Assembly (NCBI GenBank): GCA_048571215.1
Contig: CP182352.1
Location: forward strand, 1,056,001-1,120,000
Length of the DNA stretch: 64,000 nt
Reading direction: 5' to 3'
DNA from: Halarcobacter sp.
GTDB taxonomy: Bacteria; Campylobacterota; Campylobacteria; Campylobacterales; Arcobacteraceae
Positions 41,101 to 56,100 of the stretch are shown piece after piece. Within the stretch, counting starts at the first letter, position 1. Each line of letters begins with the position of its first letter. Position numbers and translations under genes: made by a program. The notes beneath the pieces were generated by a model. The model had not been told where the DNA came from. It did not search any database and saw only the letters and a list, made by a program, of their open reading frames with translations.

Positions 41101-44100
41101 TGCAAATGATAATACCCTACAGGGAAATGAAGGCTTAGATATTTTAACTGGTGGTTTAGGAGATGACTATTTAGATGGTGGAGCCGATTCAGATAAATTA
41201 TATGGTTCTGCTGGTTTTGATACTATTTTTGGTAATGAGGGTGATGATTTAGTTGAAGGTGGAAGTGATGCCGATCTTATATATGGTGATGACTTAGCAA
41301 ATAGTGTAACAGGAAATGATTCCCTACTTGGACAGGGTGGAGATGATACTATTTACGGTGGTCTAGGAGATGATACTTTAGATGGTGATGTTGGAGATGA
41401 TACTTTAAAAGGTGGAGATGGAAATGATACTTTAATCGGTGGACAAAATAATGATGACCTTGATGGTGAAGCTGGAATCGACACAGTTGATTATAGATAT
41501 GCAAGTGGTAGTGTAACAGTTGATTTAGGTGATGATGGAACTACTTCTCAAAATATTGGTGCAGCTGAAGGTTTTGATAAATTAGCAAATATTGAAAATG
41601 TTATAGGTTCAAATTATGATGATACTTTTTATGGATCAAATGGTGTAGCAAACCTTTTTAATGGAGGTGATAGTGAATCTGGTGAAGTAAATGGTGATAC
41701 AGTTGATTATAGTACAAGATTAGATCAAGCTACAGATAGTATCTCAGTTGATTTATCAAATAGTGGAATTGTAACAGTAGTTAATGGAGGAGTTTCTCAA
41801 GCAGATGATACTTTAGTTAATATAGAAAATATTACTGGTACTGCTGGAAATGATTTTATAGGTGGAGATAGTGATAATAATACTTTAAAAGGTCAAGCAG
41901 GAGATGATACTTTAAGAGGTGATGCTGGTGATGATTATCTAGATGGTGGTGCTGATATTGATACTGTAACTTATGCAGGTGAGAGTTTAAATGTTACAGT
42001 AGATTTAAATAACAATAGTGCAACAGGAACAGGTATAGGAACAGATACTTTAATTGATATAGAAAATGTTATTGGTGGTGATGCTAATGATACTATTATC
42101 ATGAAAGAGGGAGCAATTGCTAATGATATAAAAGGTGGTTTAGGTTCAGATACAATTTCCTATGAAAACTATACCTCATCAGGAGTTGATATAAATTTAA
42201 GTACAACAGCTTCACAAACTGTAGCTACAGGAGATAATGATACCTTAGAAAGTATAGAAGATATTATAGGTTCAGATTTTGATGATACTTTTATAGGGTC
42301 ATCTTCAAACAATACAATTACTGGAAATGATGGTTCTGACACATTTATTGCAGGAACAGATGTAAATAATGATGGAAATTTAGATGCTTGGAGTGATGAT
42401 GGTGCAGACACTTATGATGGTGGAGCTGGAGTTAACGATTGGATAGATTATTCAGTAATCACTGGTGATGGCGTAAATGGAGCTAATGGTATTGAAATAA
42501 TTTTAGATACTACAAATCCTACAACAGTTACTGTTCAAGGTCAAGCAGATGTAGATACAATTGTAAATGTAGAACATATCTCAGGTACACAAGATTCAGA
42601 TATTATCCAAGGGGATATGGCAAATAACTCTTTATTGGGAAATGCAGGAGCAGATCAGATAAAAGGTGGAGCAGGTGCAGATAAAATCTATGGTGGTTCT
42701 GATGATGATAATTTATTAGGAGAATCTGGTAATGATACCCTTTATGGTGGAACAGGAAATGATGCTTTAACAGGAGATGTTGGAGATGATATTATTTATG
42801 GTGGAGATGGTACCACAGATTTTGGAAGTGATACAGTAGATTATACAAATGCTTTAGAGAGTTTAACAATTACCTTAGATACAAATTTAGATATAGATGA
42901 TGAGTTTGGAAATTACGATGCAGTTGGTACATCAGATGGGGCAAGTGGTGAACAAGGACAAGGTGATGATATACTTTATGGTATAGAAAACGTCATAGGT
43001 TCAGATTATGCCTCTGATATAGTTTATGGAAGTCATGGTGATAATAGTATATCAACCTTAGCCCATGATGATACTATTACTGCTTATAATGGTGATGACA
43101 CAATTGATGCTGGTAGTGGTGATGATTTGATTTTTGCTACAAGTAATAGTGATGGTAATGACACAATAGATGGTGGTACAGGTTCAGATACCTTAGATTA
43201 TCAAACAATATCAAATGGTATAAGTGTTGATTTTTCAGAAGCTAATACTGATTCAACACTTACAATTGCTTCAGGGAATAGTGATACTGTTAGAAATGTT
43301 GAAAATATTCTTTCTGGTAGTGCAAGTGATGTATTATCTGGAAATAGTAGTTCAAATACAATTGTGGGAAATGCTGGGAATGACACAATTTCTGGAGAAG
43401 CAGGAATTGATAAACTATATGGTGATGCAATTGATGGTACAGGAAGCGGAAATGATACTGTATCTTATGCTTATACATCAAGTGATGCACAAATTGATTT
43501 AAATGCAGAAACAGCTTATATAAATATTACAGACAATGATACTATTAGTTCTTTTGAAAATGTTATTAGTGGTAGCGGTAATGATATTATTACAGGTAGT
43601 AGTGTGGATAATACACTTGAAGGTGGTGCAGGAGATGATACCTTTAAAGGTTTAGGTGGAGATGATGTAATCTATGGTGGCACAAGTTTAGCTGATGCTG
43701 GTACTCAGGACACTATTGATTATACTTCACAAGCTAGAATTATTACTACTCTTTCAGAAGGTGCAAGTGTTACTGTTGGAACTAGTGGAGAAACAGATAC
43801 TATTTATGGTATTGAAAACATAATAGGGTCAAATACAGGAAATGACACAATTACAGGTGATGCTTCAGATAATACTATTCTTGGTCAAGGTGGTGATGAT
43901 ACCTTAAAAGGTGCAGCAGGAGCAGATAAACTTGATGGTGGAAGTGGTGATGACCTATTTATTATAGATACGGATGGGGATGCAACAGGTGATGAGATAA
44001 TTGGTGGAGCTGATTACGATACTGTTAGTTATTTAGGACTAAGTTCTGGAGTAACTGTTGATTTATTATCTGGAAGTACTGTTACTGTTGCCATTGGAAC

Positions 44101-47100
44101 AGATACTCATACTTTAACAGAGATAGAACATCTACAAGGTACAAATTATAATGATGTCTTAACAGGTGATAGTAACTTAAACAAAATGGAAGGTATGGGT
44201 GGAGATGACATTATTACTGGAAATGATGGAGCAGATCAACTTTATGGTGGAGCAAATGAGCTAAATAGTCAATCATCAGGTGATGATACTTTAGATGGAA
44301 AAGCTGGAGATGACTTCATAAGAGGTGGTGATGGAGCTGATTATATTTATGGTGGTGATGGAAAAGATACTTTATATGGTGAAGATGGAGTTGATAATAT
44401 AGATGGTGAAGCTGGTAATGATATACTTTATGGTGGAGCTTCTGATGATGCCTTAAATGGTGGTTTAGGTGCAGATACAATTTTTGGTGAGGCAGGTGAT
44501 GATACTATAACTTTTGTCCAAGCTGATAATAGTGTGGACTATGTTTATGGAGGAAATGCTTCTAATGATAGTGATACCTTAGTTGGTGATACCGTTGATT
44601 ATTCACAAGCAATTACTGGTATGACAGTTGATTTAGCTGAAAACAATCTTGAAGGTACAGCTTCAAGTGCAGATCAAGGAACAGATTATTTATATGGAAT
44701 TGAAAATATTATAGGTTCAAATCTGGCTAGCGATACTATTACAGGTAATAGTGAAGTAAATACTCTAAGTGGGATGGGTGATGATGATACTCTTTATGGT
44801 CTTGCAGGTGCAGATACACTATTAGGTGGAGCTGGTAACGATGAATTACATGGTGGAGATGATTCTGATTCTATTGATGGAGGAATTGGAAATGACTTAA
44901 TCTATGGTGATGCAGGTTTAGATACCTTAGTAGGTAATAGTGGAGATGATTCATTTATTGCTACAAGTGCAAGTGATGGAAGTGATTCAATTATCGGTGG
45001 AATAGGAAGTGATACTGTTGATTATAGTGTTATAACTGATTCAGGAAATAGTGTAACAGCAACACTGTTAGCTTCAGGTGACTCTACAGTTACTTTAGGA
45101 ACAGGAGATAATGACACTATTAATGGTATTGAAAATATCATAGGTACTTCAGGAGATGATACTTTTACAGGTAGCGCTTTAGTTAATACTTTAGTCGGTG
45201 GAGCAGGAACTGATGAGGTAAGATATGATTATGATAATGGTACAGGAGTAGTAGTAGATTTAGAAGCTGGAACTGCAACTGAAAATGGTGGAATAGTTGA
45301 TACTTTAGTAACTATTGAAAATGTAGTTGGTTCCTCTTATGATGATACTTTTGTTACAAAAAGTGGAGTTGTAAATGTAATAGATGGAGGTAATCATGTA
45401 AATGGAGATTTGATTGATTATAGTTCTACAAGTAGCTCAATTGATCTTACTTTAAATACCTCTACCCAAGCTACTGTTAATATAGCAGGTACAGTATATG
45501 ATGATATTATTTCAAATATTGAACATGTAAAGGGAAGTACATCTGCTGATACAATAACAGGGGATAGTTCAGTCAATACTCTTCTTGGAATGGCAGGAGA
45601 TGATACCCTTTCAGGGGCAGCAGGAGCCGATTATCTTGATGGTGGAGCTGGAAATGATACTTTAATAGGTGGAGCAGATGCTGATAGCTTATTTGGTGGA
45701 ATTGGTGATGATATATTTACAGGTAGTGATTTTACAGGTGATGTGATTGATGGTGGGGATGAAATAGACACTTCAAGGGGAAGTGATACTGTTGATTATA
45801 GTTCAGTTAATGTTACAACTTCTGGTGTTGAAGTTACATTAAATGATTCTACAGTTTCAAATGTAACAGTAGATGGTAATGCAAATAACCATACAATAGT
45901 AAATATAGAAAATATTTATGGAACCTCATTAGATGATATAATAATAGGTGATGCTGATTCAAATAGCTTAATTGGTAATGCAGGAACAGATTACATCGAT
46001 GGTTCAGCTGGAGATGATTATATTGATGGTGGAGCAAATACAACAGGAACTGAAACACTTATTGGTGGTTTGGGACTTGATACAATAACAGGTGGTACAG
46101 GTGTTGATTATATCTTAGGTGGAGATGATTCAGATTTACTTTATGGGAATGAAGATAATGATACCTTAGATGGTGGTGCTGGTGTTGATACCTTAGAAGG
46201 TGGAAGTGGTGATGATACTTTAATAGGTGGAGCTGGAAACGATAATCTTTCAGGTGGTACAGGAAGTGATACTGCTGATTATAGTAATGAAAGTGCCTCT
46301 ATTCAAGCAAATATTGCAAACTCTTTTGCTGTTGGTTCTTCAATAGGAACTGATACTTTTAATTCAATTGAAAATATTACAGGAACAGATTTAGGTGGTG
46401 ATGCTGATAATATTACTGGTAATGATTCTGATAATATTCTAAAAGGATTAGCCGGAGATGATACAATCTCTGAAATGGCTGGTGCAGATATTGTTGAAGG
46501 TGGAGCTGGAAATGATTATATAATTGCTGGTGCTGGAGATGATATTATAGATGGAGATGATACTGATGGGGGAACACTTAATGGAACAAGTGATACCTTA
46601 GATTATAGTTCTTTAGCAATCAACGATGATACTGGTGATACAAGAGATATTGATGGAAGTGGTATTGACTCAAATGTATCAGATGCTTATCTTGGGATAG
46701 AAGTTGACTTATCTGTAACATCTTCTCAAAGAATTCATGCAGAATATGGTAGTGATACTATTACAAATATAGAAAATATAATTGGATCTGACAAAGGAGA
46801 TTATATCTCAGGTAATGATTCAGCTAATATACTTGAAGGTAGAGCAGGAAACGATTATTTAGTAGGACTTGATGGAGCAGATAAACTTATAGGTGGTAGT
46901 GGAACTGATACAGGAGACTTTACCCTAGGTTCACAAGATGTGGTTATAGATATGACAAAATCACAAACAGATGGTAGCTCAAATACATATAGAATTGAAA
47001 ATGATGGTTATGGAAATGCTGAATATTTAGATGGTGTAGAAAATATTATAACAGGAAGTGGAGATGATACTATCTATGGGGATGCTTTATCAAATACAAT

Positions 47101-50100
47101 TATAACAGGAGCAGGAAATGATACCATAAGAGGTGGAGGTGATGCTGATGTTATTGATGGTGGAGCAGATGAAGATACAGCAGATTTTTCAGATTTAGCT
47201 TATGGGGTTACAGTTGATTTAGATACAGATAACAATAGTGGAAATAGTGCAGTAGGTACAGCTTTATCAAATGGTAAAACTGATACTTTAAGAGAAATAG
47301 AAAATGTAATAGGTACTGAAAGAGCTGATAATATAACAGGTGATGATAAAAATAACACTATATTGGGTGGAGCAGATAATGACACCTTAAGAGGTCTTGA
47401 AGGACAAGATTATTTTGATGGTGGAGATGGATCTGCTGATACAATAGATTTTAGTGATGGTACAGAAGGTATAGATGTAGATTTAAGTGTAACTCAAACT
47501 CTTGGAACAAGTTCAACATATACAGTTCAAAATGATGGGTTTGGAAATGCAGAATATGCAGCTGGTATAGAGAACATAATTGGTACAAACTCTGTAGATA
47601 TTATTACAGGAGATAGTAATAATAACTTACTTGATGGTGGAGCTTCTGGGGATACAATTTCAGGTGGAGCAGGAAGTGATACTCTTGTTGGGCAAACTGG
47701 TGCTGATACTTTCTTAGGTGGTGCAGGAGATGATTATATCTATGGTAATGCTCAAAATATATCAAGTGCAGATAGTGATAGAGATGTAGTTGATTATTCA
47801 AGTGCTTCTAACTCTATATTATTAAATCTTTCTTCAAGTGATAGCACTATAGAGTTATCAAATGAAACAACAACAACCTTAGGTACCCAAACAGCAGTTG
47901 GAGATGGTACAGATAGACTTTATGATATACAAGATGTTATTGGTTCAAATTTAGCTGATACTATAGTAGGAGATGATACAAGTAATTCACTTTTTGGTAA
48001 TGGTGGTAATGATATTTTAATTGGTGGACTTGGTGCTGATGTTATTGAAGGTCAAGGTGATAATGATACTATTTTAGGTGGTCTTGATGGTGATGTTATT
48101 TATGGGGGAACTGTAAGTGCTGGAACCCATACTGATAGTGGAAATGACACAGTTGATTATAGTTATCTAAGTGATGCAACAGCTATAAATGTTGATTTAT
48201 CTTTAGATGATAATGATGCAACTACAAACAATGAACAAGAGATAAAAGTTATAGGCGATGCAACTAGTTATGATTCTGTTGAAGGTATTGAAAATATTGT
48301 AGGTACTAGAAACAATGATATTATTAAAGGTAGTGATGATTTTGCCGAAACAAATATCTTAGATGGGTATAAAGGGAATGATACTTTTTATGCTTCAAAA
48401 GGGGTTGATACCTTTATTGGTGGAGATGGAATTGATACTTTAGATTTTAGCAATATTGATACAAATAGTAGCACTGTGACAACAGAAGATGATGGAAATG
48501 CAGTAATTGTTGATTTAGGTTTAGAACAAGCTACAGATGATGGGTATCAAAATGGAAGTGCTGTCGTTGATACAATTAGAGATATAGAAATTGTTATTGG
48601 TACAACAGGTGATGATCAATTAAGAGGTAGCAGTGAAGCTAATACTTTGATTGGTGGAGAAGGAAATGATACTATAACAGGTGTTGCAGGTACAAACTTA
48701 CTTCAAGGTGGAGATGGTGATGATTCTATTCTTGGTGGTTCTGATGCAGATACAATAGAAGGTGGAATAGGAGCCGATACTTTAAGTGGTGGTGTAGGTG
48801 ATGATAGTATTTCTGGTGGTGATGGTAATGATATTATAAATAAAACTAATGCAACAGGAAATGACTCTATTGATGCAGGTCTTGGAGATGATACTATCTA
48901 CTCAGGTGAGGGTGATAATATTCTTACAGGTGGAGATGGAAGTGATACTTTAACTTATGAGCAAATAACATCAACAGGTATTACAGCTAATCTTGGAAGT
49001 GGAGCAAGTGGAGATTTTGGAACTGTTACCATTGGAAGTGATACTGATACATTACAAGATCACTTTGAGATTGTAAAAGGTTCAGCTGATACAGATACTA
49101 TTCTAGGGTTTAATGGTACAGCAGTTGTTGGGGTTGATTATAGTGATACTCTATATGGTAAAGGTTCAAGTGATTCTCTTTTTGGTGGTATTGGAGATGA
49201 TATTATTTATGGTGAAAATGGTGATGATATCATAAGAGGACAAGCTGGAAATGATGTGATTGATGGAGGTGCTGGAACTGATACAATTGATTTTAGTGAT
49301 GCAAATGTTGGTGTAGAAGTCTATTTAAATGGTACAGATAAAAATAATAATGCAGTTGCCCATGAAGTTATCGAAGATGGATTTGGTGGTCAAGATGATA
49401 TAACATCTGTTGAAAAAGTTACTGGGTCTAATTATGACGATACAATAAAAGGAACAGATTCTTGGAATAATATAAGTTCAGGTTCTGGAGATGACACTAT
49501 AATTGCAACAAGTGGTGGAGATACTATCAATGGTGGTTCAAATACTACAGGTGCAGGTGGGGGAGATTGGTTAAGTTTTGAAGCTTTAACTTCAGCAGTT
49601 AATGCAAAAATGCAAGATGGTCAAATCTCTGGTGGACTTGGTAGTACAACCATATCAAATATCGAGAATCTACTGGGAACAACTTTAGATGATACTTTAA
49701 TAGGTGATGATAATAATAACTCTCTTGATGGAAATAGTGGAGATGATACTATAGATGGAGCAGGTGGTGCTGATAATTTATTTGGTAGTACAGGAAATGA
49801 TACTTTAATAGGTGGAGATGGAATTGATACCTATGATGGTGGAGATGGTAGTGATACTATTAGTTTCTACGATGTTGAAGCATCAGTCGATGTTGACTTA
49901 TCAAGCTCTACTGTAAATGAAGATGGATTTGGAAATACAGAATCAGGGGCGATAAGTGCTATTGAAAATATTATTGGTACACTAAACTATGCAGATATCT
50001 TGACAGGTGATAATAGTGATAATATTATTTATGGGTATGGTGGAAATGACACTATAAATGCTCTTGGTGGATTTGATACAGTTTATGGTGGAACTGGTAA

Positions 50101-53100
50101 TGATATTATAAACTCAGGAAACGACACAGATGATACAAGCGAAGATGTAGTTTTTGGTCAAGAGGGTATTGATACTATTACAGGAACTTTTGATAAAGCT
50201 GTACTTTATGGAGATAATGTTGGTGGTTCAAATGCCGAAGAGGATTGGATTGATTATTCTAGCTCAACAAGTGGTATAACTGTAGATTTAAGTGGAAATG
50301 TTGCAAATTCTACATACACTTTAGATAGTGCAAATGATGCTTTAGATGGAACCTATGTAAAAGTTACAAACAATGATTCTCCAACAGATTTTGATTTGAT
50401 TGCTCAAATAGAAAATATTATAGGTACAGACCAAGTTGATACTTTAGGTGGTAATGATAGTGAAGACAATTCTATTTTAGCTGGAGATGGTGATGATACA
50501 ATTTACCATTCAAACTCTGTTGGTAATAACTATGTAGATGGTCAAGGTGGAAGTGACTGGTTGAGTTTAGAGTATTATGCTGTTAACATTGACCTAAGTT
50601 CTGGAACTAACGGTATTTATAATATTGAGAATCTTATTGATAAACAAACTGGTTCTAGTAGAACTATTTGGGGGTCAAATACTGATAATATATTTATAAT
50701 GTATGATGGAAATGACCATGTTTTAGGAAGATCTGGTAATGATATTTATGATTTAGGTGATGGTGATGATAGAGCAAGTGCTAGTTTAGGTAGTGATACT
50801 ATTATTGGTGGTGCTGGACAAGATACACTTGATTATAGAAACTATTGGACAGGTCAAAGTACAAATATAATTTTACAAGATGTAAATATTGATACAAATG
50901 ATGATGGAATAGGCGATACAAGTGTAAGTAGTCTTGTTACAAATATTGATATAGCTGGATTACAAACCTTAACTGATGGTAATTATAGTTTCTTTAATGT
51001 TACAGATGCAAGAGGTTATACGGATTATATTTATAAAGAAGCTGATGGAACTGCTGATATTGAAAGATTTTATCTAAGTAATGTTGCTGATGTTTTTGTT
51101 GGTGATGAAGGAGATAATACTGTAAATGCCTATGAAGGAAATGATACTGTTCTTGGAATGGGTGGTGATGATATATTAAATGGTAATAGCGGAGCTGATT
51201 TAATCTATGGTGGAACAGGAAATGATGATTTAGATGGTAGTGATGGTGACGATAGAGTCTATGGTGAAGATGGAAATGATATTATAAATGGTGGAGAAAA
51301 CAACGATACACTTTGGGGTGGTATAGGAGATGATAACCTATATGGAGATAATGGAATTGATATTATTTATGATGAAGAGGGAACAGATTATATAAATGGT
51401 GGAGCTGATGAGGATACTGTTATATTTAAAGAGGGAACTCAAGGAGTAGATGTAGACTTAAATGCTGGAAGTAGTACAGATGCCTTTGGAAATTCACAAA
51501 CTATTACTAATGTGGAAAATATTACTGCTACTTCTATGGATGATATTATTATAGGTGAAGATGGGGTTACAAATATTATTTATGGTCTTGATGGTAATGA
51601 TACCTTTACAGTTACAACAAATGAAACTGGAAAATCAGACTATATATATGGTGGAGATGGAACAAATGATAAAGTAATATTAAGTGATAATGTTGATGGA
51701 TCAGTTGGAGATGCAAATGGTAATATTTTAGTTGATCCAGATAGTGATTCTACAACTTATGATACCACTGTTGATATGTTGACTGATAATAATATTGAAT
51801 TTGTCTCTTCAGGTGCAAATAATTCTACTAAGATTTACGATATTGAAGATGTAGATGGTAGTATAAAAGATGATTATATAAAAGCTGACGGGGAAGATAA
51901 TACTATAACAGGTAATGCAGGTAATGACTATATCCAGGGATTAGCAGGTGCTGATAATATAGATGCTGGAACTGGAGATGATATTGTTGAAGGTGGAACT
52001 GGAAATGATACTTTAGATGGTGGAACAGGAGTTGATACCTTAGTTTATACTAACTCTTTATCAGGGGTTACAGTAAATCTAAATACTTCAACATCAACAG
52101 GTGCAGATATTGGTACAGACAATATCTCAAATTTTGAAAATATCTTAGGAAGTTCTTCAGGTGATGTTTTAACAGGTGATAATAGTACAAGTGTAGGAAA
52201 TACGATTTATGGTCAAGGTGGAGCAGATTCTATATATGGTTTAGCAGGTGATGATGAACTTCATGGTGGAGATAACAATGACTATATAGATGGTGGAGCT
52301 GGAAATGATAATCTTTTTGGTGATGGGGGAGATGATTCTTTTGTGACAAGTGCAGGCGATGATACTATAGATGGTGGAGCAAATAGTGATACTGTTGATT
52401 ATAGTAGTGCAACAGGGCCTTTAAATGTTACCCTAACAGATAGTGGTACAACAACCATAACAATAGATGGAAATGATTCCTTAACTAATGTAGAAAATCT
52501 TATTGGGACTAGTGCAGATGATATTATCACAGGTGAGTCAAATAACAATACTTTTGTAGGTAATGCAGGTGATGATACCTTAAAAGGTGCAGGTGGTGAT
52601 GATAACCTTCAAGGTGGAACAGGTGATGATACCCTTTATGGTGGAACAGGAACAAATATTATAAATGGTGGAGAAGGAAGTGAAACTACAGGAGACTGGA
52701 TAAGTTATACTGATGTTGTAGGAGATGTTAATATAAATTTAGCTTCTGGAACTGCAACAGGTGCTGTTGATGATACTATATCATTTATAGAACATATAGA
52801 GATGGGTGATGGAAATGATACTGTTCAAGGTGATATTTATGACAATAGCTTACTTGGTGGAAATGGAAGTGATACGCTAAGTGTTTCAACTGCAACAGGA
52901 GGAGTTACTTTCAATGTTACAAATAACAATGGTACCACTTCAGGTGCAGGAGTTGGAACTGACAATTTTGAAAGTTTTGAAAACTTTGAGGGTTCAAGTT
53001 ATGCAGATACTTTAAACACAGCAGCTATTGATAATATCACCTTCAATGGAGCAGGAAACACTGATACTATAGATTATACAGGCTTAAGTACAGCAGTTAC

Positions 53101-56100
53101 TGTTACAGTAAACAATAACAATCCAATAACAGTAAATGATGGAACAAATGAAGATACATTAACAAATGTTGAACATATAATCTCAGGTAGTGGTGATGAT
53201 ACTTTCAATTATACAGGAACTCCAAATGTAACAATTCTTGATGCTGGAGCTGGAAGTGATACCTTGGCATTAAATGGAGATGTTGATTTATCTGGTGTAA
53301 CTCTTTTAAATTTTGAAAATATAATCGTAAAAGATGGAGATACAGCAACTTTAAGTGCTACAGATTTAGATGATAAAACATATGATATAGAACTTCAAGG
53401 AAGCGGAAGTTTAATAGTTAATGCTACTGCATTGGCAAGTGACCATGACTTTGATAATATAACTGTAACAAAAACAGGAACAGCTACAGGAACTTTTACC
53501 CTTCAAGTAGATAATAGTGTAGATTTAACAGCTCATGATATAAATGGAACAAATAATATTATTGATATTATTAAAGTAAACAGTGGAACGGTAACCCTTA
53601 GTGAAACACAAGTTACAAGTGGCACAGTTGTAGTAAATGGTGCAGGAAGTGCAGTTGTTGAAGTAAGTAGTGATAGTTCAACTGATTTCTCTACGATTTT
53701 AGCTTTAGATACACCTTCAAATGAAACTATACAGTTTACCGCAGACTCAACCTTTAGCGGGAACTTTGGAGATTCTACTGGAAGTGTAGATAGTGGAGTA
53801 ACTCTAACAGCAGATGCAGTTATTATTGATGGAGTAAGTGTAACGAATAGTGGAACTGTTAATGTAACAGATTTAGACAATGATGCAGGTTTAAATGATG
53901 CTGATGCAGATTTATCAACTATCATTGGTGGAACAATTAACGCTACATGGAATGGCACAGATACCTTTACTGGTAACTTAGGTAACGCTATAGTTGATAT
54001 AGCAAGTGGAACAATGAGCACTGATGGTTCTTTAATTGATGGAAAAATAATTTTAGGGGCAGGAACTTTAACAATAACTGGAAGTGGCGATGGTAGTTTA
54101 GATGTAAGTAATATTACAACAACTCCAGCATTAGATATTAATATAACAGATGGAGCAACTACACTTACAGGAGTATCTATTGATGTTGATGCAAGTGGGT
54201 CATCATCAGCAATTACTGTTGAAACAGGTGATGGTAGCTTAGATATAACTGGTGGAAGTGGAAGTGATAATGTAACATATACCTCTTCAACAACTCTTAG
54301 TGGAACATTAACAAGCGTTGAGAGTGTTACTATAAATAGTGGTATAACATTAACTTCTGCATTTAGTGATATTAATGTTGTAGCAAGTATTACAGGTACA
54401 GGAACATTAACCTTGACTGATACCAGTATTGATGCTACAGATTTAAATAATCTTGATACTAAAACAAATGGAACTGTAGATGCTTCTTCTTTAACTTCAA
54501 TGAATGGTTCTATAGCTGACTTAACTACTGCATATAATGCTTCAGGAATATCTGGCTTAGGTAATGAAAATGTTACAACAACAGATACAGGAACAGTTGT
54601 ATCAACAGATATAACAACTTTATCTGGATTAACAACAGGGACAGTAACTATTGATTCAGCAGTTACTGAACTTACTGGAACAATATCTGAAGTACAAGCA
54701 GTGTATGATGCAAGTAATGTAACTATTGATGCAGATGAAAATGTTACAGTTAGTGATATAAATGCTTCTGCAAGCAGTTTAAATACTCTTAACTCTTCTA
54801 CCACAGGCTTAGTAACAGCAACAAATGTAGCAAATATAACAAGTAGTAGCTTTGCAGATGTAAATACCTTGATAAGTAATAAAGGAACAAGTGGAGATGC
54901 AATAAATGTAGATGGGAACTATAATGTAGTACTTTCAGATACATCAATAAGTGCGGCAAATGTAAAAGTAGTAAATGATGATACAAGTGGAGCTATAGAT
55001 ATATCAGCAGCAACAACAATAACAAGCTCAAGTGTATCAGATGTGTTAGAAATAGTAAATAATACAGGATCTAACTTTACAACAGCAAGTAATTATGCAG
55101 TAACATTAAGTGATAGTTCATTATCAGCAGCAGATGTAAAAACAATTAATGATGATAATGGAACAGGAGCTATAGATATATCAGCAGCAACAACAATAAC
55201 AAGCTCAAGTGTGTCAGATGTGTTAGAGATAGTAAATAATACAGGATCTAACTTTACAACAGCAAGTAATTATGCAGTAACATTAAGTGATAGTTCATTA
55301 TCAGCAGCAGATGTAAAAACAATTAATGATGATAATGGAACAGGAGCTATAGATATATCAGCAGCAACAACAATAACAAGCTCAAGTGTGTCAGATGTGC
55401 TAGAGATAGTAAATGATACAAATTCTAACTTTACAACAGCAAGTGATTATACAGTAACATTAAGTGATACAAGTGCAAGTGCAGCAGATTTAAATGCAAT
55501 AAATGCAGATACCACAGGCTTAGTAACAGCAACAAATGTAGCAAATATAACAAGTAGTAGCTTCGCAGATGTAAATACCTTGATAAGTAATAAAGGAACA
55601 AGTGGAGATGCAATAAATGTAGATGGGAACTATAATGTAGTACTTTCAGATACATCAATAAGTGCGGCAAATGTAAAAGTAGTAAATGATGATACAAGTG
55701 GAGCTATAGATATATCAGCAGCAACAACAATAACAAGCTCAAGTGTGTCAGATGTGTTAGAGATAGTAAATAATACAGGATCTAACTTTACAACAGCAAG
55801 TAATTATGCAGTAACATTAAGTGATAGTTCATTATCAGCAGCAGATGTAAAAACAATTAATGATGATAATGGAACAGGAGCTATAGATATATCAGCAGCA
55901 ACAACAATAACAAGCTCAAGTGTGTCAGATGTGCTAGAGATAGTAAATGATACAAATTCTAACTTTACAACAGCAAGTGATTATACAGTAACATTAAGTG
56001 ATAGTTCATTATCAGCAGCAGATGTAAAAACAATTAATGATGATAATGGAACAGGAGCTATAGATATATCAGCAGCAACAACAATAACAAGCTCAAGTGT

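Noticed and set aside
53533..54804. 423-aa antisense ORF, and similarly 58924-59916 and 58195-58566
   Set aside because: Shadow frames of the low-complexity adhesin; Val/Ser/Pro-rich with no motifs or RBS.
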